A DNA stretch of 64,000 nucleotides. It comes from Mobula hypostoma. Its lineage: Eukaryota. The DNA is taken from contig NC_086110.1 in the NCBI RefSeq assembly GCF_963921235.1, positions 930,001-994,000 of the forward strand, in the 5' to 3' direction. The notes under the pieces are model-generated. The model worked only from the letters and a program-made list of their open reading frames with translations, made no database searches and was not told the origin of the DNA. The translations under genes were made by a program, and so were the position numbers. Below, one piece after another: positions 25,727 through 37,800 of this stretch. Every line of letters starts with the position of its first letter. Within the stretch, counting starts at the first letter, position 1.

Positions 25727-26941
25727 CTACTGGTAGCCTTTACTCGGGGCAAACTTCATTTTATGCGTCAACGCATACTCATCCGCTAACTTAGCAGTTG
25801 CGGCTAACGTGGCTGCCTCTTTCTCATCGAGGTAGGGTCTCATACCCTCAGGGACACAACCTTTAAACTGCTCAATCAGAATCAGCTGCAGCAGTCTGTC
25901 ATAATCCCCCTCTACCCCTTTCGAGGCGCACCAACGCTCACAATATGTTTGCATCTCGCGAGCAAACTCCAAATACGTGCGGTCCCACCGCTTCCTCGCA
26001 TTCCGGAACCTCTGCCGGTATGCCTCCGGGACCAACTCATAAATCCTGAGGATGGCCTCCTTCACCACCTCATACTTCTGGGCATCTTCCGCGGATAAAG
26101 CGGAGTAAGCTTGTTGGGCTTTCCCTTTCAGTACACTCTGAAGTAAAACAACCCACTTATCCCTTGGCCAGTCCTGACTTATGGCCACTTTTTCGAAATG
26201 GAGAAAGTACCGATCCACATCGGTATCGTCAAATGGGGGAACCAGCCTAACCTCCTGGGTCGCCCGGAACCCTCCACCTTGGTTCGGCACGAGCCCCTGC
26301 TCGGCCCTTATCTTTAACTTCTCCAGCTCAAATTCCCTTTCCCTCTGTTTCTCCTCTCTCTCCAACTGTCTGTCCCTCTCTCTCTCTTCTCTCTCCAACT
26401 GTCTTTCTCTCTCTTGCCTTTCTACCTCTTTCTCTCTCTCTCGCCTTTCTAACTCTTTCTCTCTCTCCCGCCTTTCTAACTCTCTCTCTTTCTCCCGCCT
26501 TTCTAACTCTCTCTCTTTCTCCTGCCTTTCTAACTCTCTCTCTTTCTCCCGCCTTTCTAACTCTCTCTCTTTCTCCTGCCTTTCTAACTCTCTCTCTTTC
26601 CCCTGCCTTTCTAACTCTCTCTCTTTCTCCTGCCTTTCTAACTGCTTCTCTTCGTGTTCTAACTGCCGTACCCGGAACTCGTGCTCGAGTCTCAGTTTTT
26701 CAAGCTGTACCTGTACCGCGTCTCCAGCAGGTTTTTCAATAGACACCACCCCCAGCTCACCTTGGGGAAACACACCTTTAGATACATAGTGCTCTACAAT
26801 AGCTCTGTGTATCTCCTCTCTCCTCATTGTCGACTTCACCTTAGCAAGATTCACCCGTTTGGCCACAGCTATCAATTCCGATTTCCTGGCATCCTCTAAT
26901 GCCTCCAAGGTCGGCGCCTTTATAAATTCCTCAACCTCCAT
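25727..26941 (-). CDS. Gypsy gag (coiled-coil plus SCAN-like capsid region), ending at an in-frame TAG before the zinc knuckle
   Basis: 404-aa ORF with LVPPFDDTDVDRYFLHFE, LKGKAQQAY, YELVPEAYRQRFR and LILIEQF motifs. Confidence 0.85.
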   Translation of the reverse strand: MEVEEFIKAPTLEALEDARKSELIAVAKRVNLAKVKSTMRREEIHRAIVEHYVSKGVFPQGELGVVSIEKPAGDAVQVQLEKLRLEHEFRVRQLEHEEKQLERQEKERELERQGKERELERQEKERELERREKERELERQEKERELERREKERELERREREKELERREREKEVERQERERQLEREERERDRQLEREEKQREREFELEKLKIRAEQGLVPNQGGGFRATQEVRLVPPFDDTDVDRYFLHFEKVAISQDWPRDKWVVLLQSVLKGKAQQAYSALSAEDAQKYEVVKEAILRIYELVPEAYRQRFRNARKRWDRTYLEFAREMQTYCERWCASKGVEGDYDRLLQLILIEQFKGCVPEGMRPYLDEKEAATLAATAKLADEYALTHKMKFAPSKGYQ

Positions 26942-27017
26942 TTCTGCTGTTTGTCTTTTCTTTCTTTCGGGAATTTTAACCCAATCAATTTACTCCGTCC
27001 CAAATTTAGCGTTCAAA

Positions 27018-27036
27018 ATCGCGGACGAGAACCCCA
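27018..27036 (-). promoter_or_regulatory. Primer binding site, degenerate tRNA-Pro-like
   Basis: Minus strand TGGGGTTCTCGTCCGCGAT lies 4 nt after the 5' LTR; the canonical Pro PBS is TGGGGGCTCGTCCGGGAT. Confidence 0.7.
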
Positions 27037-27040
27037 CTTA

Positions 27041-27920
27041 TGTTACGTACCCCGTAACTGGGTTGCCAAACCAGCAGAAATGGATCACTCAGTTGGAGTC
27101 TGGAGTACTAGAACTAAGAAAGTTTTATTAAAGAAACAAGCAACACAGTAATCGAAAGGATAATAAATGCAACAATTCAACAATGATAACCACACATGTA
27201 CACAGAATTAAGATAACAGCATCAATCAAGATCTATCGTTGTCTAGGGGTAAATGACCAATTTCAAAATTACTCAAAGTTCAGTCCAGTTAGTAGTTCAG
27301 TTCGCAGTAATCATTGCCATGGCGGTGGACAACGTGGGGGAAGAGAGACATAGAACAGGAACAACTGATCATTCAGAACGGCTTCACTCACAGACCAGCA
27401 AGATGGCTCACAGACCAGCGAGATGGCTCACAAACAGCTTTTGGGCAGGTCCTTGGTGATGTCACCTGAGGTCACCGACTGTGACCCCTCCTCCAGATGC
27501 GGTCGATCCTCTGCAGTGAACCCGGCACCCAGGCAAGGGCGGACACACACCGGGTTCCCGCTGATCGTACCTTTCCACCCTTGTCGTTGTCTGGTACTTC
27601 TCACCCACTCGTGAGAAGCGCACCGCTTCCAGGGTCTCGTTACCTCGGGTGGCGTGTGTGTCCGTCTTAGCGAACCTGTCCCTTTTTATCCCCCTGCTGG
27701 GGTATCGCCTGTCCATCACTTCAAACAGTTCAGGGTTCAAAGGGGGGGAGCCGCTCCAGACAGCTCTCTCTCCCACATCCCTTCATTACACATCTCCAGA
27801 CGCTGCTCCATTGTTCCTTATCTCTCCTTCCCCTGAGGGCAGGTGGCAGACCAACTGCTGATGCCACTGATGCTATCCCAGGCCAGCAAACATCTTAACT
27901 TTATGTGTATTCTCGTAACA
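27041..27920 (-). repeat. 5' LTR
   Basis: Direct repeat of 22861-23740; adjacent PBS. Confidence 0.97.
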
Positions 27921-28523
27921 AGTATAAGAGCTGGAATGTTATGATGAGGTTGTATAAGGCATTGGTGAGGCAGAATCTGGAGTATTGTGTTCAGTTTTGG
28001 TCACCAAATTACAGGAAGGATATAAATAAGGTTGAAAGAGTGCAGAGAAGGTTTACAAGGATGTTGCCGGGACTTCAGAAACTCAGTTACAGAGAAAGGT
28101 TGAATACGTTAGGACTTCATTCCCTGGAGCGTAGAAGAATGAGGGGAGTTTTGATAGAGGTATATAAAATTATGATGGGTATAGATAGAGTGAATACAAG
28201 CAGTCTTTTTCCACTGAGGGGGGGGGGGAAACAGAGGACATAGGTTATGGGTGAGGGGGGAAAAGTTTAAAGGGAAGATTAGAGAGGGCTTCTTCACACA
28301 GAGAGTGGTGGGAGTATGGAATGAGCTGCCAGACGAGGTGGTAAATGCGGGTTATTTTTTAACATTTAAGAATAAATTGGACAGGTACATGGATGGGAGG
28401 TGTATGGAGGGATATGGTCCGTGTGCAGGTCAGTGGGACTAGGCAGAAAATGGTTCGGCACAGCCAAGAAGGGCCAAAGGGCCTGTTTCTGTGCTGTAGT
28501 TTCTATGGTTCTATGGTTCTATG

Positions 28524-28785
28524 GGTGAAAACGTTTCTTTTGGTTGTTCCCCTTCCTCCTTGCCGGAGGGTCCCCTCGTTGACATATATTGGTGGAAAAA
28601 GGATGAAAATAATTACATCAACCCAGACCATGACGCCAGAACATTGATCGGCTTAAGTACTAAATTCAACGGCTTCCTGCAGGTAGTCAAAGTGCGTCCA
28701 CAAGATGCGGGAGTCTATTATTGTACAATCACCCATCAGGGCACATTGATTGGCAACGGAACCGGGTCGACTTTAGTTGTGTTGG
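28524..28785 (+). pseudogene. IgSF receptor copy A, 3' part of V(J) exon
   Basis: GENVSFGC...VDIYWWK...FLQVVKVRPQDAGVYYCTITHQGTLIGNGTGSTLVVL; donor G|GTAGGT. Confidence 0.9.
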
Positions 28786-29223
28786 GTAGGTGCATTGAAA
28801 CGATTCAGTTGATGCGAACTTGCAACTGAGAAATTGTCTTTTGTACAACGCCTCTTAAATAGAATAACAGTATTAATCGTAACGGCACGCGTTGACTATA
28901 TTAAAAAAAACGAGTTTCAACGACATTAATTAAAATCTGCCGAATGTATTTGTACATAATCGGTCATTTCAACGTTACATTCTGGAGCTCTTTGAGTTGC
29001 GGAAAATTAAAGTACAGCCGCCACTGATCCCATATGATCGACGATTTGCTCCGTTAGTTAAGGAGCACTATTTTCCTCCATTGCAACTTAAATTGCTGCC
29101 GCTGTAATCTTAAAAATGTTTGGCTTTTATGTTAATAATATCGAACGCTGATATTGCCGAGAATAGACAGCTAACAGTAACAACCATTCATCCATCTATT
29201 CCACTATTTCTTTGTTCTTCCAG

Positions 29224-29517
29224 CTCCATTGACAATTTACTCCGGAGATCCAGAGAAATCGGAAGCCTTGGCTCTTCTGTGCACTACATCTCCCTTTTAC
29301 CCAATGGATATCAGTTTCACCTGGTATAAAGATGGCACCAAAATTACAACCGGCTCGACTGTTACCAACTCCACTTCGGATGGGCTACATGAAGTTTCCA
29401 GCAGATTATCATTGACACACGTTGTGCCAACTGAGACAGCCTACACCTGTGTGGTATCTCACGTCACCCTCCGTGTTTCTGCTCTCGCCACTTACATCAT
29501 CATCAACAACAGCACAG
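29224..29517 (+). pseudogene. IgSF receptor copy A, C1-set exon (294 nt, phase 1-1)
   Basis: TTCCAG| acceptor; [23 protein letters not shown]...SDGLHEVSSRL...YTCVVSH; G|GTGAGA donor. Confidence 0.9.
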
Positions 29518-29973
29518 GTGAGACTATGGATCTCAACTATCATAAAAAGTCGGGTAACTATTAGCCATTTTTCAACGATCTCCGTGTTTAATCGTTTTCG
29601 CTAGATTTCCCTGTGGACGCTAATACGTTCTTATTGAATACATACAAAATTAGCTTTTTACAATTTGTATGGAAGCTGTTTTCTCCAGCATAAAACGCAA
29701 TGCTTTTCGTGTCTTGAGAAAATTATTCCCACGATTTTTCCGATTTGTATAATATATTAAACCTAAGACACACTGGTGTTGCCGGCCGGTGATGAGCTGG
29801 CATCAGCTCCGGACCTCGAGGCGATGATCCCAGGCTGGAATCCAGCCGGAACCCCGTGCTTTCCATCCTTTTTAGGTTGAGAACAGACAGATGCTAAAGG
29901 TGCCACAAGACGTGTAAAAAAGCAAAATCTGGTGTTGTTTAATGTCCGGAGGAAATTTATGGTCTTCAATTGC

Positions 29974-30058
29974 CAAGATGAGGGAGTCTATTATTGTCCC
30001 ATCGCCCATCAGGGCACAATGATTGGAAACGGAACCGGGTTGACTTTCGTTGTGTTGG
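29974..30058 (+). pseudogene. IgSF receptor copy A', 3' remnant of V(J) exon
   Basis: QDEGVYYCPIAHQGTMIGNGTGLTFVVL, donor G|GTAGGT; starts abruptly at a CAAG junction with copy A intron sequence. Confidence 0.85.
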
Positions 30059-30453
30059 GTAGGTGCATTAGAAGCGATTCAGATGGTGCGAACTTTCGAC
30101 TGCCACATTGCCTTTTGTACAGTTCCTCTTAAATAGAATAACAGTATTAAACGTAGCTGTATTCAACGACATTAATTAAAATTTGGCTAACATATTTGCA
30201 CATAATAATTCATTTCAACGTTAAATTCTGGAGCCCTTTGAGTACAGACGCTTTGGATCCCATATGATCGACGATTTTCTCCGTTAGTTATCCAGCACTA
30301 TATTTCTCCAATCCAACTTAAATTCCTGCAGTTGCAGTATTTAAACTTCTGGCTTTTATGTTAATAAAATCGAACGCTGATATGACCTAGAATATGTAGC
30401 TAACCGTAAACAACCAGACATTTGTATATTCCACCATTTCTTAGTTCCTCCAG

Positions 30454-30747
30454 CTCCATTGAAAATTTACTCCGGAGATCCAGAGAAATCGGTATCATTG
30501 GCTCTTCTGTGCAGTACATCTCCCTTTTACCCAATGGGTATCAGTCTCAACTGGTATAAAGATGGCACCAAAATTGCAACCGGTTGGACTGTTACCAACT
30601 GCACTTCGGATGGGCTACGTGAAGCTTCCAGCATATTGTCAGTGACACAGGTTGTGCCAACCGAGACAGTCTACACTTGTCTGGTATGTCACGTCACCCT
30701 CCAGGTTTTTGCTCCAGCCACTTACACCGTCATCAACATCGACAATG
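30454..30747 (+). pseudogene. IgSF receptor copy A', C1-set exon (294 nt)
   Basis: CTCCAG| acceptor; [23 protein letters not shown]...[10 protein letters not shown]; G|GTAAAT donor. Confidence 0.88.
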
Positions 30748-33700
30748 GTAAATCCGCTAATATCAGTTATCAGAGAAATAGGTGTATGGGTGCGGGTTTT
30801 CGGGATATCGCTTTGTAGGAAAGGTCATTTTGTTATCTTTGAACGACCTAGCTATGATGATCCCGCTGTACATCACAGGTACTTCCTGTTTCTCCAAAGG
30901 GATTTGACAAAATTGTATAAATTCGGCCTTTGAGCGTTACTTTGGAAGCTGCTGCCTTTATGACGGCCAAAGGACCGTGTTTTATGCAATTTATTCCCAG
31001 ACATTCCATCTTTACATATTCACTAGAATTTTGAATCCAGCATCATTTGTTTTCAAATCGTTTCTGGCTCCGTTGTCTTTTAAAACAGCTTAAATGTTTA
31101 ATTACTCGTGCACCATCTGCACCATTGAAAATGGAGCTCCTCTAAACTCTCGTCCAGCGAGATGGCAATTGAAATATCTGTTACTTTATCTGATAATGCT
31201 GGAGTGGGAAAGGATATATAGCGTATTTACACTGCGCTTGTACGTCTATAAGCTCAGAATAAAAAGAGGATACCTCAATGAAAGATATATAATATATACG
31301 GTGTACTGTTGAGCAAATATATACATGGAGTGTCCCCTGGTTGACATGTCAAAAGCCAGCGATACTGTTCTGAAAGGTGACAACTGCCTTTCCGCAGAAA
31401 TTCCTTCATCGGGATTCGGGTTAACCTTCAGGATGTCCTGCCTCTCCGATAGGCTAGTGACTGAGGATATTCGAGTCATGTTTATTTTTGTCAGAAACTG
31501 TCAGAAATTGTTCTGAATATAAAACTGGTATTGATTAGAGGTGGAACCGAATGGTTTAATCCTGCTGCTCTATCAGACTTCCACACTCTGTGCTCTTTGG
31601 CATTTGCAAGGTTTCAATATGCTAGTTAAACCGGCCATCATTTCAGTTTAGTCCAAACAATGCTGGATGACCTTGTCGAAGGCACAGCTTGTCAGAGCAA
31701 GTTCTCCAGGTTCCCGGTGATATCGGTTTTATGTACAATCTCCCATACATTCATTCTATCCGTCGCGTATGCGCACATTTTCCCAGACTGTTCCATTTCT
31801 TTAACTATGCTGCACGGCAGAATTACCTATCTTTTTGGTCTACCAACCTCGATCTCTGTTCCTCGTGTGAAATTCTATCTCATTTATAAAACAGATGAAC
31901 ATCGCTCCCAATTGGAATTCCTATGCACTTGAAGCTGATGTTTATCTTTTCTTCTTTAGAGAACCGAACCTTCATTAATCTCAGCAACTCCAACACAGAA
32001 ACAATTGAAATGCTCAGTGGGTTGTAAGCACAGTAGTAATTTGATTCTCTTTGCTCCACGGAACAATGAACAATCTCCCGTGTGGTACTTGTCAGAACAT
32101 TCGGAACTCCGTGTATGCATTGAACTTCTTTCTGGACCAGTTCCTTTGTTCTGGAAAGCAATTCAATCATATTAAACGCCTGCTACGAACGATTACAATC
32201 CTTTTTATCTTCGACGAAATTAAAATTCTGCAAATCCATATGAGAGAGTATGCTGCAGTTCCAGTGTTTGTCATTACTGAACCAATGGGGTGTACTTTAC
32301 CCTAATTTCCTAATTATTCAGCTGGGCACCTCGGCGGATTTTAATCCAGGTATATTTGTTTGCTGTTTCCTGTTTCCTTTAATTCTGCTCACTGAGCATT
32401 CATCTGCTGTAGTCATGATCCAAACATGCAAATAACTTCAGGCTATGAACAAAATGCTGATTAGAATTAAACGCAGAAAAAATAAATAAAATAATGGACT
32501 CATGCAGCGTCATTTCAAGACACTGGGCCGTGCTGTCTAACTAAGCAAATCCAATTTATCTACATTAGTCTCACAGCTCTCTGCACCATATCCATCTTAT
32601 CTACCCAAGTGTGTGTCACAATATCTTTAGACATTGCAATTGTATCTGAACAGGTTGCAATTCTATTATTGCAAAACTTCTTTCGGAATTAAGGTTGATT
32701 CCCTACGCTTTATGAAGAGAACATTTTAGTGCTATTACGATTGGTAGTAGTTTGGGCATTCACTTCCTTATTATATCCTTTATTCTAGATGGAGACAAAA
32801 CGTTGCTGTTTTCCCGATGTGTTTGGTTCGGATACGTATTTCTGATTTTTGGAATATTGCTTTTTAAAGTAAAGGTAATAGTTCCGTTTTATTATTGCTT
32901 AGATCATTATTAGATTATTGCTGAAGATAATTAAATAAAAATGATATGCTATAATTTGTGAGAGTTGAAGCACAGAAAAGTCCCCAATGGTTTGTGCACC
33001 ACGCAACATTAATCCAAATTGTGCGCTTTGATGATTATTTCTGTTTATTCTGGGTCAGATCTTTTGAATTTCAAGACATTCGAACTTTCCCTATTTGGAT
33101 ATTGACTCTGGATTTAAACAGCAGGGATAAAAACGTTTTGTATGCAAAAGAGCAGTGATATAATAATACTGTAGTGAGACTCGATTAGCATGTCCAGCAC
33201 TCCACTCCATCGTTCCAGACTATTCGGCCTGTTTAATGGAAATATATTTCAACAACTCCAATCGATATTTCATCAAAACACGAAAGAAATCGAAGAGGGT
33301 GGGCATTCGGACCATTGAATTCATCTAGCCTTTGTGGAAAAGCAATCTAGACCGTCCCATTACTTTGCCTTTTACCCTTTCCTCAAAATATTTCGTTTCC
33401 ACTACTCCTTTCGGTTAATGTACTAGATTCTTTTCGGTTCTTTTGCCGATCAGCTTCATTGTAGTTCTCCGATTTTGCACTCATTAGAGCAGTTAACCTT
33501 TCCGTATTCATTTTCTATAGCTCACGCGTGATTTCTAATCACTTGGTCAAATCACGCCGCGTCCTTCCCCGGTCGAAGAAAAACAATTAATCCAGACAAT
33601 CAACAAATGTGACTTCCAACATTTCTGTAAAGTTCTCTCACTTTCTCCCCAAAACGCTTAGCCTTTCCTTAACGTGTGTTGGGGATAGTCGAGCAGATTA

Positions 33701-34629
33701 GTCGCAATATTCCACCCGATCACCCATTTCAGTGGTGTCCGTCTCCACCTTTCTTTTTTTTTAATGATGAGAACGTGTATCTTTATTGTCCCGTTACTCT
33801 TCCCGGCCCGTACTCTTTTGAGTGTGCAACCAAGACATTGTTTTGTTGGTGTTCAATTGTGCATAGGTTCCGTAGGAATGACTCGGCCATGGACGGTAGC
33901 AAACCCGGCTTTGAAAGGGGGAAGAGTGGACATGGGGCTTGCGACACCATCCCATAAAAACCCCAACGTCAACACAAGCTCCGGAGTCCTCATTCCTGCG
34001 AGAAAGACTTTAGAAGATGTGACACAACTGGGAATAGTTTGGGAGACTGTCCCAGAGCATAGGACTCAATTCCACTAAAACCGAACAATATAATTTAATT
34101 CTTCACATCAGCCTCCCTGTTTATCCTCTACTTAATTGTCCGTCCGCAGCTTATATCATATATTGTACAATAGAAACCATCGCTCGTTGGCTGTTGCACT
34201 TGATCGGCAAAACTGTTTCATTTATTGCTAGATACCTGGTTTTCATAATGTCTCTTCAGGTGGATTGTTCTACAGCTCCAGTGATTTTGCGTCTGTACAA
34301 GATCACAGTCTTTCCAGAAATTCGTTCCATTCTGATTCCGAATGATCTCTTTAGATTATGTCACTTTGTTCGATAGAATATAGCTCATAAAACACCATAT
34401 AGAACAGTTAAACACAGAACATGCTATTTTGTCACTAATAGTGTGCAAAACTAACAAAACTAGTAGGTAGAGGTTTCACTAAGGAGATCCTTATTCCTGT
34501 GTTCTCAGCATATTTACTTGCTTATCTTAGAGCCTCAAGTATCTACCTATATCAACACCTCCGGCAGGGCACTCCAAACACCCAATAATCTGTGTGAACA
34601 AGAACTTCATTCTCAATACACGAGGAAAT

Positions 34630-34818
34630 CTGCAGTTGCTGAAAATTCAAGTAGCACACACAAAATGCTGGTGGAACGCAGCAGGCTGGGCAGCATCTAT
34701 AGGAAGAAGTACATTCGACGTCAGGACGAAGGGTCTCGGCCTGAAACGTCGACTGTACTTCTTTCTATAGATGCTCCCTGGCCTGCCGCGTTCCACCAGC
34801 ACTTTTTGTGTGTTGCTT
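34630..34818. repeat. Short palindromic Penelope pLTR derivative
   Basis: Two inverted roughly 70-nt pLTR ends flank a partial hammerhead core. Confidence 0.75.
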
Positions 34819-37800
34819 CTCGTACCTTCTGTCAACTTAACCTTTCTTACCTGAATTACATATCCTCTAGTTTTGGACGTTGCATCTCTAGAAAACCGAT
34901 GCTGCTTGTCCACTCTCAGAATATTATAAACGTCTGTTAGGTTTCAGCCTCCACTGTTCCAGAGAAATCAACGCAGCGTTGTGCATTCTGTCCCTTCTAT
35001 GCCACCCTATCAATCTGTGCAGCCACTAACAAGAAGCTTTGAACGTTGACCTTAAAGTTCCTTTGTAAATCTGCACAGTTGAGGGTGTTAGCAGTTATAG
35101 TGTACCTGTACTGTATTTTACCCTTGATCTTACAGTATTACACACGGGTCTGATCTAATCGCAAAACAATCGTTCCAGAGACCCTGCCTGATCTCTCCGT
35201 ACCAGCATTCCCTGTTTTCATTAACAGCTCATGTAATGGACAATAATAACTATCTCATTTACTAAGCTGTATAACCAACAGCGTCGATCTTTCACATTCT
35301 TTCCCCTTGTTGTCGTGTTTAAACAGCGCTGCTATTCTTCAGAAGGAAGACTTTAAATTCAGACTAATTTAATATCTTCGCCTACGCAGACTCGCGAGAC
35401 AGCAAACGAGCTTCTAAATGCATTGGATCAGAGCGGGTTGAAATCTGCTGCCCTGAATTAACATAAAAACTAAGGGCAATACAGGGACTGCTTTGTCTGA
35501 ATAACCGAGCCACCCCACGATTGAAACAAGTTCCTCATGGCGCACAGCGTCACGAAATTCGGAAAAGAAGTGGGCCACATTTCTATAATGGACATCATTG
35601 AGGAGTTCTTACCTAAGCGGGAAAGTATTATGGAGTTTGAATCTTTTGTACAGTTGTACACAGGGAATGGCGGGTTTCCCGCGGTTTCCATATTACCCTG
35701 CGTTTCTGTTATACTTTTACAAATGAATTAGCAGAACCTGTAATTTGTAACCAAAATGGGGGGAAGTTTGGGATATTTATCAATTATTGAAAGAAAATGG
35801 TTGAATCGGTTTGCAAATATGTTAAGCATCTGGTGTATTCTCATTGGGATAGACACGTGGGTATATTTCTAAATTAACTATGATTTAATGTTTGATAAAC
35901 ACGTAATGATTGACAAGCACAGACTCCAGCAGAATCTTCCAATATTCGGAAAAAAAAATCATGAATGAATGAATGAAATTTATTTCGGTTAGTGCAAACA
36001 TAACAAAAACGATGATTGCATAACAATGATTGCATAAGACAAAATAACAACGAAAAACAGATATTCTTTAAAACAGACCGAAAGGGTGTACGCTGAAGCT
36101 ACAACTTAATACGCCTAACGCTCTTCCTTACACAACAACATGTCTGGCATCAATCATCACATCAAATGAAAAAAAATCATAATCTTTTAATACAAAATCC
36201 AATTCCAAGTATCATTTATTTACAGTACTCCCATTCATTTTAAATCAACATAGCTTAAGTCTCTGAGTGACGTGCCCTGTAAATTGATGATGCATGTGTG
36301 CTGTCGGCAAGAACAAGCGTTTCTCAACAGACAAACGTACACGCACAAGCATGTACGCACACAACCGAACTTGTCATTCAACTGCAGGGCAGCCCCCGAC
36401 CCAGCAGGGAGGCTGCGCTACACCGCTTCCGCCGTCTGTGTCCTGGACTGCTGCAACAGGCCTTGTCCTCGCTATAACTGAGGCCATTCAACTCTCCCGG
36501 CTTCTGTCAATCCAAAAAACAGGGAAGCGGACTTTGCAGCATTTTATATTATTATTGTCAAACAGGGTCTTATGATGGGAGGAGAAGCATTCAACACAAT
36601 TACTCATAGTTAGAGTGCGCGTTGCCTTCACACAGTGACTCCAGTGCCTTCCTATAGGAAGCAACAACGCGGTCTGCACGAAATCCAGCTCCTTCAGCTC
36701 CTTGGCGAACGAACAGCTCGCTGCTAGGGTAGACTTGCAGTATCTCAACTTCCCTTCATGTTTACATTCTGTAATTCCGTAAAACAACGTACTTGCCTGA
36801 GTCTGCTCTAATAAAATCCATATATATTATGTAATTTCTTGCCATGTTGCAACACGTCAAACATTGGCATGTAGGAACATATTATAGACGAACATGATTC
36901 AAAATAAAAACAAATATATAATACGGATAAACCGTGAAAGAAAATCAGAATGGCACCTCAGCTTTGTGTAACTGTGATCTGTTCTCTGTCGTACAAAATT
37001 AAACACAAATTAGCGTTAGACAGCATGAAACGTGGAGGTTTACAGTTTCCCGCTTTCCCAGTGTATAATTCTGCTAAATATGGTAAACGTAAAGACTAAT
37101 GTGCAAGCGAGTGTTGGTCTGTGCAGGAAGAAATAAAGGGAGCCTATCATTTTTTTTTTCCTGAACTTATATCTGAATTGCAATGGAAAATATACAAACA
37201 TATCTGGTGTTCATCGAAAAAGCAACTGAGAGAAATTGAGTAGAGCAGACTAATGATATGGTGTAAAGCCAAAGCAAGTTGAAAGAATATTATGAAACAC
37301 GACAAGATAAACGTAAGTGGAAGAATATAAAGAAGGGCATGAATACATTTCCGCAAAGAGGACGAGCCTGAGTTAAGAATGAGAGAGGAGTCAGGTGAAG
37401 GATCAAAGATAAGAAACATACTTCCTTCAGGCTCGAGAAAATTTTGTTTAAGAAAAGTTATCTGTCACAATTAGCTCCTTGGATAACTGATTCCATATCT
37501 GAGCGTTAAAATATTCATGCTCACATTGTGAAGCTCTCAGTTTGAGTACTGAAATCCGGATGCTAGATGCTCTGAGTCACCTGGTAAATTTAAATATAGA
37601 AAATTGAAAAAAATGGAAGAGAACTGTCAGTTCTATAAATTAGTTTCGAAGAACTCATCTTATACAGTGGTAATAAACTGTAAGAGTTCGTTTTTTAACT
37701 CTTAGAGTTAGATATTTAGTTATAAAAGCAGGTGTTTATAGTCATAAAATTTTTCGATGTCATAAAGATTTATTTTATTAATAAATTTGACACGTACTCG

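Larger units (their letters stand above)
22861..27920 (-). mobile_element. Young non-autonomous Gmr1-type Ty3/Gypsy LTR retrotransposon, 5060 bp, TSD AGTA
   Basis: Two 880-bp TGTTAC...GTAACA LTRs; AGTA at 22857-22860 and 27921-27924; PBS, PPT, gag with CCHC knuckle, protease, and integrase remnant lying before RT remnants. Confidence 0.95.
20887..28523 (+). mobile_element. 5'-truncated CR1 LINE inserted in the V exon (about 2.57 kb of its own sequence: 20887-22860 plus 27925-28523)
   Basis: ORF2 is open from MGLYYRPP to AFINRSIEY and resumes YKSWNVMMRLYKALVR after the LTR element; (TTCTATGG)n tail abuts the resumed V exon. Confidence 0.95.

Noticed and set aside
34260-34345. Possible cytoplasmic terminal exon GGLFYSSSDF...*
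   Set aside because: It has a good acceptor, but Y+3 is Ser (not an ITIM), and no TM exon or homolog links it to the cluster.
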